IMG/VR virus record: IMGVR_UViG_3300048762_000430
Coordinates: 1 to 48,419 of that record
Source of the DNA: a virus
Taxonomy: Duplodnaviria; Caudoviricetes
Direction: 5' to 3' (one strand)
DNA length: 48,419 nucleotides
Position numbers and translations under genes: made by a program. Shown here one piece after another: positions 36,319 through 45,707 of this stretch; position 1 is the stretch's first letter; each line of letters begins with the position of its first letter. Below the pieces are notes generated by a model. The model was not told where the DNA came from. It did no database searches and was given only the letters and a program-made list of their open reading frames with translations.

Positions 36319-37266
36319 CTAGTTGCTCGTCAGGATAATCGCGTCCTGGGTGGCACTCGCCAGCGCCAGGAACTCCACCGTCTGCGTCATGGTCCCGCGC
36401 CGCGTGCCCCGCGCCGGCTGGCTCACCCGCCGGAAGCGCATGTTCGGCATCAGCAGGCTCAGCGTCACCCCGCCCCGCGTCAGGTCCACCTGCATCTGCG
36501 CGTCGTAGGTGTCCGAGGACGGGTCCACCATCTGCTGCAGCCACAGCTCGAAGGGGTCCATGGATTCGGTGGTGGGATCGGTGTAGTCCCGCGTGAAGGT
36601 GCCCGTCACCACCGGATCGGCGTTGTTGTAGAGGGACTCCATGTACAGGCCGCCCAGGCGCAGCCCCTCATCGCCGGTCTGCAGGAGATTGTCGATGTTG
36701 ATGTCCAGCGTCTTGATGGTCTTCTCCGCGCTGCCCACCGAACCGCTGGCGTCCCAGTCCACCTTCACGGTGGTCTCATCGAAGTTGTAGGGCGCCCCGT
36801 CCTGGACCGTGCCGATCGTGACGCTGGGGTTGGCCACCGGCATGATCCCCATCAGGTGCAGGTCCAGGCCCAGGGGCTGCCCCGCACTCAGCTTCATGCC
36901 GGCCGTGCCCACTTTGACATCCTGGAACACGTCGGTCACCCGCGAGTTCTTCAGCACCACGGTAGCCCACTTGCTCTGGCCGTACGAGTCCCGGCTCACC
37001 ATCCAGGCGACCAGGTTGGCCAGCGACCCCGAGACTGGCTGCACCGACAGCGCCGAGCCTCCCTCCAGCCAGAAGCCCTTGGAATACATCAGGCGGTCAT
37101 AACCAAAACCGTCCGCCTGGTCCAGGGCCTCCAGATTCGGGTTGCGCTCCAGGTTGGTCTCGCCCCCGTGCATCGGAATCCAGGTGAACCCGGTGGCCGG
37201 AACCCCCTGGCCCGTCTGCAGACCGAAACCGAAAACGTTGTTCCTCTCGAACGTCGGGCTACCCAT
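36319..37266 (-). CDS. Major tail tube protein
   Basis: GFGLQTGQG.PA N-terminus, INIDNLL, VTGTF, QTVEFLA; about 315 aa; position in the tail block. Confidence 0.8.
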   Translation of the reverse strand: MGSPTFERNNVFGFGLQTGQGVPATGFTWIPMHGGETNLERNPNLEALDQADGFGYDRLMYSKGFWLEGGSALSVQPVSGSLANLVAWMVSRDSYGQSKWATVVLKNSRVTDVFQDVKVGTAGMKLSAGQPLGLDLHLMGIMPVANPSVTIGTVQDGAPYNFDETTVKVDWDASGSVGSAEKTIKTLDINIDNLLQTGDEGLRLGGLYMESLYNNADPVVTGTFTRDYTDPTTESMDPFELWLQQMVDPSSDTYDAQMQVDLTRGGVTLSLLMPNMRFRRVSQPARGTRRGTMTQTVEFLALASATQDAIILTSN

Positions 37267-37308
37267 ATGGCACACACCTCACAGCCTGCCGGCTGACTCA
37301 ATCTGCTT

Positions 37309-38082
37309 CTACTTGATCGATTTGTCGATGACTACCAGCCGGTCGGCCGTGAGGTAGATGTCTCCCCAATCCAAGCGCGTCCCGGCCGCCGTCTGCACAT
37401 AGGCAGTCGGAGTCCGACCCGGCGTCGGGTTCATCACATAGGGGCGATTGATCTGCGAGTTGACCGCGGTGCCGCCCAGGTACCGGTCCTGCCGCAAGAG
37501 AAACGACAACTGCTCCAGATCACTGCGCAGCAGCTCGCGGCTGTTCTCCCCGTCCATGAGCCGGGCGTAGCGGACGATGATCTGGCAATGATCCATGTCC
37601 TCGACATTGGACCAATCCTCGGTGTGAGCCTGAACGCCGATGACCAGCGCGCCGGGGAACAAGTGATCGGCCGGCGCCGCCAGCGGGTCGAGGATGTCCA
37701 GCGCGATCAGCTTCAGCCCCTGGCTGGCGTCCGGCAGGGTCTGCAGCCGAATATAGGCGGCCCCCGCCACCGTGTATCCGTTGGCCACCGGCGCGGCTGC
37801 CCCCAGGTGCGTGGCGTTAGGCAGCCCCTGCACCAGCGTCACCGCTTCCTGGTGATCCACGGCGCCGGGCCTATTCGTGGCGGCCGGCTGGACCAAAACG
37901 CCTTGCGTCTGGTAGTTATAGAAGAGGTTCGACCCCGGCACCGTGCAGCCCGGCAGGTCCTCGAACTCGTCCCCCACCGGGATCACCGTGTCCCCGGCGT
38001 TCATGTCCTTTTTCAGCAGGACCCGCCCCAGCAGCAGGTTCCGCACGCCGGTCTCTATCGAAAACGTGTAGGGAGGGTTCAC
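37309..38082 (-). CDS. Putative tail terminator protein
   Basis: Directly upstream of the tube gene; C-terminal LRQDRYLGGTA pattern. Confidence 0.55.
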   Translation of the reverse strand: MNPPYTFSIETGVRNLLLGRVLLKKDMNAGDTVIPVGDEFEDLPGCTVPGSNLFYNYQTQGVLVQPAATNRPGAVDHQEAVTLVQGLPNATHLGAAAPVANGYTVAGAAYIRLQTLPDASQGLKLIALDILDPLAAPADHLFPGALVIGVQAHTEDWSNVEDMDHCQIIVRYARLMDGENSRELLRSDLEQLSFLLRQDRYLGGTAVNSQINRPYVMNPTPGRTPTAYVQTAAGTRLDWGDIYLTADRLVVIDKSIK

Positions 38083-38083
38083 G

Positions 38084-38674
38084 CTAGACCAACCCTCCGG
38101 TGCCTACAATCTCCTGCAAAATAAGCTCCTGGATCGGCGCCCGATCTCCGGGGCTCGTCCGATGAATCACTCGGTAGAACGAGCACGCCGTAACGCCGGT
38201 ACCCGCGGCCAGGTCCACCTCCGGAACCACATCGTCATAGAACGTCAACTGCCCCGGGGCCACCGCGCGCACCCGAGACATCAGCCGAACCCCTTCGGCC
38301 GAGAACAACACCTGATCGCCCCCCCGGAAGCCCGCCTCAGACACCACCGGAACCTGCACCGCCCCCGCCAGCACCGCCTCGGTCAACGTCGTGGCGCAGG
38401 CCTGGCGCTGTCCCTGCAGGATCCGCGGCTTCTTCACCTGGACAAAGTAGCCGGTGGTAACGTCCACACTGCTGCGCACCACCAGGCGAACCGTTGACTT
38501 CACCACCCCAAACTGCGAGGGACCGTCCAGTTCAAAAAGTGCGGAGTCATCGGGAATCAACCGCCCCCATTGGTCGCACCCATAGATGTCCTCTGCGGCG
38601 AAGACGGCGCTGAGATCATGCCGCTGCTGCACCGCCGCCCGGAACACGCGAATTGGATGGGTGAAAGCTATCAA
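38084..38674 (-). CDS. Putative head-closure protein
   Basis: Follows the adaptor via a TTGA overlap; FTH.I.V N-terminus, with an inserted beta domain (TTLTEAVLAGA..VPV.S..GF..GD). Confidence 0.5.
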   Translation of the reverse strand: MIAFTHPIRVFRAAVQQRHDLSAVFAAEDIYGCDQWGRLIPDDSALFELDGPSQFGVVKSTVRLVVRSSVDVTTGYFVQVKKPRILQGQRQACATTLTEAVLAGAVQVPVVSEAGFRGGDQVLFSAEGVRLMSRVRAVAPGQLTFYDDVVPEVDLAAGTGVTACSFYRVIHRTSPGDRAPIQELILQEIVGTGGLV

Positions 38675-39444
38675 AAGATGCGCATCTGCAGCGGCCCGGT
38701 CACCTTGGGGATACGGTGACGCCAGCAGATCTGCCGAGCCTCTCGTTCCAGATCCGAGATCGCCTGGGCATACCGGCCCGTGGCGCCGTTGTTGACCCAC
38801 AAGTCGCGGCTCCCGAAGCGAATCTGAGAGACCCCGCCCGGCATCTCGCCCGACTCACTGTCACTGCGGGCCACAAACCGCAAGATCTCAGCCACCACCT
38901 TCATCGTCTGAGCGTCGAGGATGTCTTTGGGGCACGTCTGGTAGCCCCAGGTTAGGGTGATGACCACGTTCTGCGTGCCCCACGTGAACAGCGGATAGCA
39001 CAGGTACACCGGCTTGACCGGAATCACCGAGGTCGAAACGTTGCGCCTGATAATCCCCCGCGAGGTGACCGTGAAGTCCTGGTCCTTGCGCACCGCAAAG
39101 CCGTCCACGGTCATGGCCGTGAGGTCGACCAGGGGATAGAACCCATACTGGGCCAGCCCCATCACGTCCTTGCCGGTGCCGTCCAGGTAGACCTGAACGT
39201 TCTCATGGAGATCGAAGTCGTGGCCGGCTTGCGCGTCAGCCTCAATCCACAAGCGCGCGCTGACGACATAGCTATCGAGCTTCCGCTGTAGTTGCTCGTC
39301 GCTCAGGAGCGCCCCCAGCGCGTTCCCCTCATCGTCGGTCTCGGTCTTGCTCAACTCATCCAGGATGTCCTGGAAGTTGCAGTAGCGGGTATCCGGCAGC
39401 CCCTCCACCTGATGGTCAGCCGCGCAGGTTATGCGTAGGGACAT
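38671..39444 (-). CDS. Head-tail adaptor (gp6/gp15-like)
   Basis: YCNFQDI...A..WIE...LDGTG...NVVITLTWGY..CPKDI. Confidence 0.75.
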   Translation of the reverse strand: MSLRITCAADHQVEGLPDTRYCNFQDILDELSKTETDDEGNALGALLSDEQLQRKLDSYVVSARLWIEADAQAGHDFDLHENVQVYLDGTGKDVMGLAQYGFYPLVDLTAMTVDGFAVRKDQDFTVTSRGIIRRNVSTSVIPVKPVYLCYPLFTWGTQNVVITLTWGYQTCPKDILDAQTMKVVAEILRFVARSDSESGEMPGGVSQIRFGSRDLWVNNGATGRYAQAISDLEREARQICWRHRIPKVTGPLQMRIF

Positions 39445-40654
39445 CGAGAGCCTCCAGGACTTCCGCTACGATCAACTCGTCGGGAATCGCTTCCATGCAG
39501 GGCGCCGGCGGGTTGCACCGTTGCAACTGCTGATCGTTGCACGGGCCGCACTTGATCTGCTCGTTCGCGGTCAGCGGCCGGCAGTGCGGACACCCCTTGA
39601 CCCGAACCAGGGGATGCACCGGCCCAAAGAGCGCCACCGTAGGCTTGCGCAGCGCATTGGCCACGTGCAGCGGCCCCGAGTCTCCCACCACCAGTGCGTC
39701 CAGCGCCTCCACCACGCCGAAGAACGTGCCTAACGCCATCTGCCCCGTCAGATTCAAGCCTCCGGCGCGGTCCCAGGCCGGATCGCGGCCGGCCCCGAGC
39801 AGCACCGGGAACAGGCCCCTCCCCGCCAGCCTCGTCACCACCCAGCGCAGCTTATCCTGGCTGGGCAGGCGGGTGAAGACGGGATTCACTACCTGGATAC
39901 CGACCAGGGGCTTGCCCGCCTCCCGAGCCGGAGCCAGCAGCGCCTCCGCCTGCTGCCGGTCAGCCTCTCCCACCCACAAGTGCATCTGGGGATCAGCAAC
40001 CGTTACCCCCAGGGCTTTCCCGAACAGGTCAATGCGGTGCAGGTGCTGCAACTCGTGCTTCTCCACGTACCAGGACAGGTCCGCCTCAAAGTCAAAGGGC
40101 GCGTGCTCGTACGCTTCCCCCAGACCCACCACGGCCGCTACCCCCGGACACCCCTCTACCACGCGCTTGTGGTAGTCCGAAGTCCGATAAGTGATCTGGG
40201 CCTGAGGGAAACGGCGCGCGAGTTCACTCACGGCCGGCGTAGAGAGGAGCACATCCCCCAGGCCCCCCGCCCGCGTGATCACCACGCGGCCCGCGGGGTG
40301 CTCCTGGAGAAAGTCCGCGACGGTCACCGGCACACAAAAGCCTCTACGCATCAGCATCCGACCAAAGTGAGAAGGCAGCGTCAGCGTGGCTCCCGCCTCT
40401 ATCGTCACTGCCTTCTCACTACCGCCGTCGTCGTAAGCGCACACGGCGTCTTTCGGCCGCGCGCTTTTCACCATGCAGTCCGCCAGGGGCGTCTCCTCCC
40501 GCAGCACCACGTTGTGCGACAGAAGGTAGAACAGGTCGTCGGGATTCGTGACCTCCGTCCAGGCCCCGTACGTGAAGGTGTAGTCCTTCGATACGCCAGC
40601 CCGCGCGGGGACGGTCAGGGAACGAGCCCCGAAGGGCGTCAGACGGACGCGCAC
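39416..40654 (-). CDS. Glycosyltransferase family 9 (heptosyltransferase-like), copy 1, with about 115 aa N-terminal extension
   Basis: RAGGLGDVLLSTP...RFPQAQI, VVGDSGPLHVANAL.KPTVALFGP, C-terminal CGPC-x7-C-x5-C. Confidence 0.92.
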   Translation of the reverse strand: MRVRLTPFGARSLTVPARAGVSKDYTFTYGAWTEVTNPDDLFYLLSHNVVLREETPLADCMVKSARPKDAVCAYDDGGSEKAVTIEAGATLTLPSHFGRMLMRRGFCVPVTVADFLQEHPAGRVVITRAGGLGDVLLSTPAVSELARRFPQAQITYRTSDYHKRVVEGCPGVAAVVGLGEAYEHAPFDFEADLSWYVEKHELQHLHRIDLFGKALGVTVADPQMHLWVGEADRQQAEALLAPAREAGKPLVGIQVVNPVFTRLPSQDKLRWVVTRLAGRGLFPVLLGAGRDPAWDRAGGLNLTGQMALGTFFGVVEALDALVVGDSGPLHVANALRKPTVALFGPVHPLVRVKGCPHCRPLTANEQIKCGPCNDQQLQRCNPPAPCMEAIPDELIVAEVLEALDVPTHNLRG

Positions 40655-40670
40655 GGGCGACCAGGCTCCC

Positions 40671-41057
40671 CTAGAGGGCCTCGGCGACTTCGGTGTCCTG
40701 GGTCTCCGAAATGCCGGCGTTGGCCTTGAGCAGCTCGATCTGCTGGTTCAGGTAGGCGATCTGGTTCGTCACGCTGCGCTGAGCGGAGACCCCGGCCGGG
40801 CGCGCCGGACGACCCTGGCGGAACAGGGGCAGATTGTGCCGCCCTACCTTCCAGGTCAGGGACACCAGGTGCTCGAAGTCCTCCTTGTCCTTCACGATCA
40901 GCGGCTCCCCGGCCACGAACTCGTAGTAGCGGGGGAAGGTGCGCTCCTCGCCCGTCTTCTCGTTCTTGAGCGTCTGGGTCAGGTGCTTCGAGGGAATCCG
41001 CAGCGAACAGGGATAGCCGAGGTCTTGGGGCAGATGCAGAATACGGGCGTCAGGCAC
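40671..41057 (-). CDS. Small protein immediately downstream of the major capsid gene
   Basis: GTG 41057 with GGAGG upstream; YYEFVAGEPLIVKDKEDFEHL motif plus a short coiled coil. Confidence 0.7.
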   Translation of the reverse strand: MPDARILHLPQDLGYPCSLRIPSKHLTQTLKNEKTGEERTFPRYYEFVAGEPLIVKDKEDFEHLVSLTWKVGRHNLPLFRQGRPARPAGVSAQRSVTNQIAYLNQQIELLKANAGISETQDTEVAEAL

Positions 41058-41148
41058 TTGTCGTTCCTCCAGGTAGTCGTTTACCAAAATCTGGCGCGGG
41101 GGACAGGAGCCGCTCTCCCGTCCCCCACAAGTTAGTCCCGGCTGCCGT

Positions 41149-42186
41149 CTACGCGAAGACGGGCAGGCTGGGATCGGTGGCCGGCAGGATGTTGACACCC
41201 TTGGCGACCGCGTCGATGCGCTGGTACTGGACGTCGATGTAGCCGACCCAGTAGTACCAGATGAACTTACCGCTCCGCGGGTCGGGCGCCACCGAGACCT
41301 TCATCTGCGGCCCGTAGCCGAAGACGAGATTGGCCCGCTCCACCAGGATCGCCCCGGTGAACTGGTGCTGACTTCCCGACTGCCCGATGAGGCCCGGCAT
41401 GTCCAGGCCCAGGTACGCATTGTCCTGGATGGTCACGCCGGCATACGTGAGGGTATTCTCCTCGGTCAGCATCAGGGAGCCCAGGGCCGTGTTGGCCTTG
41501 CTCAGCACGTCCCGGTAGTGGATGACCACGGCATCGTTGACGTAGAAGCGCATGTCCGCCTTCCGCGCCGGCTGGTTGCGCCACTTGTAGGGGATGTGCA
41601 GGTAGAGCTGCTTGAACAGCTCCGGCGAGATGTAGTCGCCGGCATGGTCGTAGATGTGGCCCTCGTTGCCCTTCACCCACCAGCCGTCGATGGTGGTCAT
41701 GTTCCCCGGCGCATAGTCCGCGGGATTCGACCCACCCGTGTCCGACATCAGGCAGATGCGCTCGAACTCGTTGTTGAGCACGGTGCGCACCATCTCATCG
41801 ACGGTCCGCTCGTGCTGCGGCCCCTCGATGTTCAGCTGGTCCTCCCGCCGGCTGTAGCGGTAGGCCAGGTCGAAGGGCTGCGGATGAATCTGGCGCCCCC
41901 CGTACTCGACGGAGAACTCGTTCGATTCATCGACCACCTGCAGCTCGCTCAGGCCCCCCACCATCTGGCCCTCGGCGGCATCCATCGTCGAAATCCGGTA
42001 GCCCGGCCCCTGGATCCGCATCTTTTGCGCATCGTTGACCATGCCGCCGATCTCGACCACCAGGCTGACGAAATGGTCGGCCTGCTGGTCCAGCAGCAGC
42101 GAATAGGTCGTGTCAGCGGTCTGCGTGGTTACGGCCCGCTGCTCTAGAATCTCCTCTACAGAGGGAATCGGCATCTTCTCCAACAC
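41149..42186 (-). CDS. Major capsid protein (HK97 fold)
   Basis: LL..QQADHF, NIEG..HE, IDGWW, IPYKWR...FY, R/KxTALG; follows the protease-scaffold gene. Confidence 0.88.
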   Translation of the reverse strand: MLEKMPIPSVEEILEQRAVTTQTADTTYSLLLDQQADHFVSLVVEIGGMVNDAQKMRIQGPGYRISTMDAAEGQMVGGLSELQVVDESNEFSVEYGGRQIHPQPFDLAYRYSRREDQLNIEGPQHERTVDEMVRTVLNNEFERICLMSDTGGSNPADYAPGNMTTIDGWWVKGNEGHIYDHAGDYISPELFKQLYLHIPYKWRNQPARKADMRFYVNDAVVIHYRDVLSKANTALGSLMLTEENTLTYAGVTIQDNAYLGLDMPGLIGQSGSQHQFTGAILVERANLVFGYGPQMKVSVAPDPRSGKFIWYYWVGYIDVQYQRIDAVAKGVNILPATDPSLPVFA

Positions 42187-42212
42187 CCGTTTTCTAAGGG
42201 CAGTAACCGCGC

Positions 42213-43844
42213 CTAGCGGGAAAGTCCGGCTTTCCTGGCGGTGTCCCCGAAAATGTTTTCTACATTAGTAGTGGTGCTGGTCCGATGCTCGTGCGTCTCT
42301 CCCTTCGCGGTCGGGACGGTCGGCTGCACCGACACTCCCCGCGACCCCTCCAGCGCGGCCAGGCGCTCCCCGAGCGTCTGTACCTGGCTGGACAACTGCT
42401 GCACGCCCTGCAGGAGGTTGGCGGTCAGATCGAACCACTGCTGCATTTTCGCAGTGTCCTCCGCACTCTCCGCGGGCTCCTCCCCGCCACCCTCCGCCGG
42501 CTCCTCGGCCGCCTCCTGGGCTGGCGTCTCCGCCGCTTCCTCCGCCGGGCTCTCCTCGGGCGCCGGCGCCTGCCCCGCCTGGATCATCTGCACCAGGGAC
42601 TGCACCGCCGTCACCATGTTGTTGACGCCGTCCATCACCGGGGCGATGGCCTCGGCCACCTGCTGCGCTAGCTCCGGCTGGTCGGCCGCCCTCGACTCGC
42701 CGGGAGCCGGGGCCGGAGGAGTATCCCCACCAGCCGGCGCCTCCGCGGGAGGAGCCTCCGCCGGGGGAGCGTCAGCGGTCCCGTCGTCTGCCCGGTGCAG
42801 CAGGGCCCCCAGCCCCAGCGCCATCAGAATCCTATCTCCCACGCTGTCACCAGCCGGCCGCACGGGGTCCTGTCCTGTCGCCGTCGCCATGTATATGTCA
42901 CCTTGTCCTGCACCGCGCGGGGGTACGGCACAACGGCCCTCTTTAGCGCAATGCTCCTGGTATAGCGCGCCGGCCCGACTCTTGAGCCGCGCGGCCGCCT
43001 CCTCTCCGATCACCTGGCCGTCGGCCAGCACGATCTGGTTGCACCTGGACTCCGCATTCGCCAGGTGCGGGCAACTCCAGTTGCCGGCCGGGTCCTTCAC
43101 CGGCAGATGTCGAGTACCGCCGGGCTCGATGAACAGGAAATGGTCGTCCGGCATGGCGTCGATCTCTTCGCTCGACCAGGCCGACCGCCCCTCCAACTCG
43201 TCCACCACCGCCAAATCCGGCCAGACCCGACCCGACTCCGCCACGACCTCCTCGGCCGCCCGGAAGAGGGCCTCGGCGAACGAGTCCACCGCCCCGCCCG
43301 CGCGCGACTCCGGGGCTACCCAGGTGCCCTGATCGAGCGCGCTGCGCGCGCGGCAAAAGTAAATGTGGTCCAGCGGGCACTGATCGATCACGCGCTCGTA
43401 GACCGAGCGCCCGTCTGCACCACGAGCGATCTGCTGACTAACCCCGTCCTTAGGGATAAGGCCGCCGATGGATGCCTTGTACCATTCCGGGTGCCGCTGC
43501 ACCTTGTCGTACAAGTCGGCGGCATGGGGGTGCTTGGGGTACAACTCGCACCGCACCACGAATTCACCATCAGGAGACTGCAGGGGCGTTCCCTCACCGA
43601 TGATGGTGAAGGGGTCCGACATGCCCTGCACATGGTTCGGGCCGCTGACAATCGGGATGACGCCCTGCGCCCGCATCCCCGTGAGCGCCCGATGGGTAAG
43701 ACGCCCCGGGGCCTGGCCGTTAGGGCCGGCTACCAGCGCGTCGGTGGCCGCGCCGATGACGAAAGAGAGCTGGTCGCCCTCGCTCTTCACCTCGCGAATG
43801 TCCGCCCTGAATTCGAAGCTACCTTTGCTCCTTTCCGGTGCCAT
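42213..43844 (-). CDS. Prohead protease fused to scaffold
   Basis: N-terminal H...IIG and ASIGG protease motifs; acidic Pro/Ala-rich and coiled-coil C-half; lies between portal and capsid. Confidence 0.78.
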   Translation of the reverse strand: MAPERSKGSFEFRADIREVKSEGDQLSFVIGAATDALVAGPNGQAPGRLTHRALTGMRAQGVIPIVSGPNHVQGMSDPFTIIGEGTPLQSPDGEFVVRCELYPKHPHAADLYDKVQRHPEWYKASIGGLIPKDGVSQQIARGADGRSVYERVIDQCPLDHIYFCRARSALDQGTWVAPESRAGGAVDSFAEALFRAAEEVVAESGRVWPDLAVVDELEGRSAWSSEEIDAMPDDHFLFIEPGGTRHLPVKDPAGNWSCPHLANAESRCNQIVLADGQVIGEEAAARLKSRAGALYQEHCAKEGRCAVPPRGAGQGDIYMATATGQDPVRPAGDSVGDRILMALGLGALLHRADDGTADAPPAEAPPAEAPAGGDTPPAPAPGESRAADQPELAQQVAEAIAPVMDGVNNMVTAVQSLVQMIQAGQAPAPEESPAEEAAETPAQEAAEEPAEGGGEEPAESAEDTAKMQQWFDLTANLLQGVQQLSSQVQTLGERLAALEGSRGVSVQPTVPTAKGETHEHRTSTTTNVENIFGDTARKAGLSR

Positions 43845-43888
43845 CGACTCCCTTCCCGCCAACGCTTTCTTTTTTCGTTGACGATGAT

Positions 43889-43917
43889 ATTATATCACAC
43901 TTTTCGAAACTTGTCAA
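43889..43917 (-). promoter_or_regulatory. Perfect-consensus sigma70 promoter with extended -10, for the head/tail operon
   Basis: TTGACA (43917-43912), 17 nt spacer, TGa-TATAAT (43894-43889). Confidence 0.92.
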
Positions 43918-43928
43918 GCTCTTCTTTT

Positions 43929-45704
43929 CTAATGGAAGCCGGCCGGCAGCAACTGGCGCACCAACTCGGGGTCCGCATTCCACAGCGATTCCAGGATGGC
44001 CGCCATCTCCTGCTGCACGCTCGGGCTAAAGTCCGCCAGGTCCCCCACCTTCATGGTCAACGCCCGTTGCACGGTGTCCCCGAACACCGGCGCCCCCGTC
44101 GGCGGGGTCTTCTGGCCGGTGGTCGCCGTCATGGCGCCCGGCTTGTAGTCCCCCTTCCGGATCGCGTCCACCACTTCGTTCACCGTCTCGATCGGCACGA
44201 CGCCGGCGCCGGGCACCAGAACGAAAGGCTTGTCGCCGCCGTCGACCGGAGGCAGCCCGAAGTAGTAGCGCACCTCGTTGATCGTGATGACCCCGCGGCG
44301 CAGGAGGATGTCGAAGATCTCCGCGCGCCGGGCCTCCCCCACGATGTCCGGAACATTCAGGTCCAAGACCCAGTCGGTGATCCCGAACTCCTCCCGGAAG
44401 ATGTAGTTGAACCGCGACTCGATATCCCGCTGCCGCGGCCGGACGACCTGGGAGATGAAACGGAAGTCAGCCACCTCATCGCCGGCCAACGAGACCATCC
44501 CCGCCGGCGTCCGATGGGCCACCCGGATGTGCTCGTCCACCATGCCGCGGTACCCGTCGAAGGAGGCGTCCGAGAGCTGGGTAGCCCCAAACTTCTCGAA
44601 GTCCAACTGGGTGTTGGGATCCGGTACGTCGATGAGCAGTACCTGGTTGGCGACCGAAGCGAGGTTGCGGCCGTTGATCCAGTCCTCCACCTGCTGAATG
44701 ACCGCCTCGGACAGCGTCCCGCCCCGCGCCACAATCGCCATGCGTGGAATGGTGTTGTTCTCGAAGTAGTCCATGTTGTAGATCGCGGCGAGCTGGCCGC
44801 CGACCGCGTCGTACATGGCCGAGATGATGTCGGGCTCACCGTAGTTGGTGTCGAGCGTGGTGCCCTTGCGGAACATCAGCAGCTCGTTGACCGAGAAGAC
44901 CTGGGCGCTGTCCGAACTCGCGTCGACCAGGAACTGGTCCAGCCCCATGGACGGCTGCACCTCGTTCGTGCGCAGGAGGTGGTCGGGGCTCCCCCAGGCG
45001 CGTACCTCGACCATCAGGCCCCCCTGATCGCCGCGGACCAGGCCTACCTGGGCGGTTTTGGCGCCGCCAGGCGTGTACTTGGCGAAGATTCGCGTCTGGT
45101 AGCCGCGCCGTTGCACGTAGCCCCGGCCATCCGCCAACAGCCGGATGGAGATCGACTTGCAGGGATACATGGCGTCCGGCTGAGCATCGCCCCGGCGCGC
45201 GATCTCGATGAACCCCTGCCCCAGCGCCTCCAGGTCCCGCTCGGTGGCCACCAGCGTCTCGGAGAAGGAGTAGTCCGGCAGGGCCGACTCCAGGAAGGCC
45301 ACGATCCTCGCCTTCTGGGAGTCATCCAGGTGCTTCTCCGGGTCCGGGGTGTACGAAACGACGGACTGGTCGCTCATCACCAACTCGCTCGCCGGCCGGA
45401 TGCGATACCCCTGTCCGGCGACCGCATGAGCCTTCGCCTCCAGGCACGCCCGGTGCATGGGTTCACTGCGGGACAGGGCCACCAGGCGATCCAGGTTCAG
45501 GGGCGGATGCTCGATGTCATACGCCCCGAACCGAGCCGTGGTGTTGCGAATCTGCAACTGATCGCTGGCGCCCTGGAGAATCGGGGCCAACGCCGCCCGC
45601 GCCAGCAGGGCCACCTGCGAGTTAGGGGTGTCCCGGCTCAGGGTGATCACCCGGGCCGACACCGCGCCCCCGTCCGCCGTTCTGAACTCACGCACCGTTG
45701 GCAT
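43929..45704 (-). CDS. Portal protein (PBSX/HK97-like)
   Basis: H.AC...K...VAGQGY, D.EALG.GFIEI.R, YGEPD, YFEN..IP, TINEVR...GLPP..GGD. Confidence 0.92.
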   Translation of the reverse strand: MPTVREFRTADGGAVSARVITLSRDTPNSQVALLARAALAPILQGASDQLQIRNTTARFGAYDIEHPPLNLDRLVALSRSEPMHRACLEAKAHAVAGQGYRIRPASELVMSDQSVVSYTPDPEKHLDDSQKARIVAFLESALPDYSFSETLVATERDLEALGQGFIEIARRGDAQPDAMYPCKSISIRLLADGRGYVQRRGYQTRIFAKYTPGGAKTAQVGLVRGDQGGLMVEVRAWGSPDHLLRTNEVQPSMGLDQFLVDASSDSAQVFSVNELLMFRKGTTLDTNYGEPDIISAMYDAVGGQLAAIYNMDYFENNTIPRMAIVARGGTLSEAVIQQVEDWINGRNLASVANQVLLIDVPDPNTQLDFEKFGATQLSDASFDGYRGMVDEHIRVAHRTPAGMVSLAGDEVADFRFISQVVRPRQRDIESRFNYIFREEFGITDWVLDLNVPDIVGEARRAEIFDILLRRGVITINEVRYYFGLPPVDGGDKPFVLVPGAGVVPIETVNEVVDAIRKGDYKPGAMTATTGQKTPPTGAPVFGDTVQRALTMKVGDLADFSPSVQQEMAAILESLWNADPELVRQLLPAGFH

Positions 45705-45707
45705 TAC

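Noticed and set aside
41090-41130. Hairpin after the major capsid gene as a terminator
   Set aside because: The GGGGGAC/GTCCCCC stem is imperfect and the T run is displaced; it may be an attenuator or stabiliser but is too weak to call.
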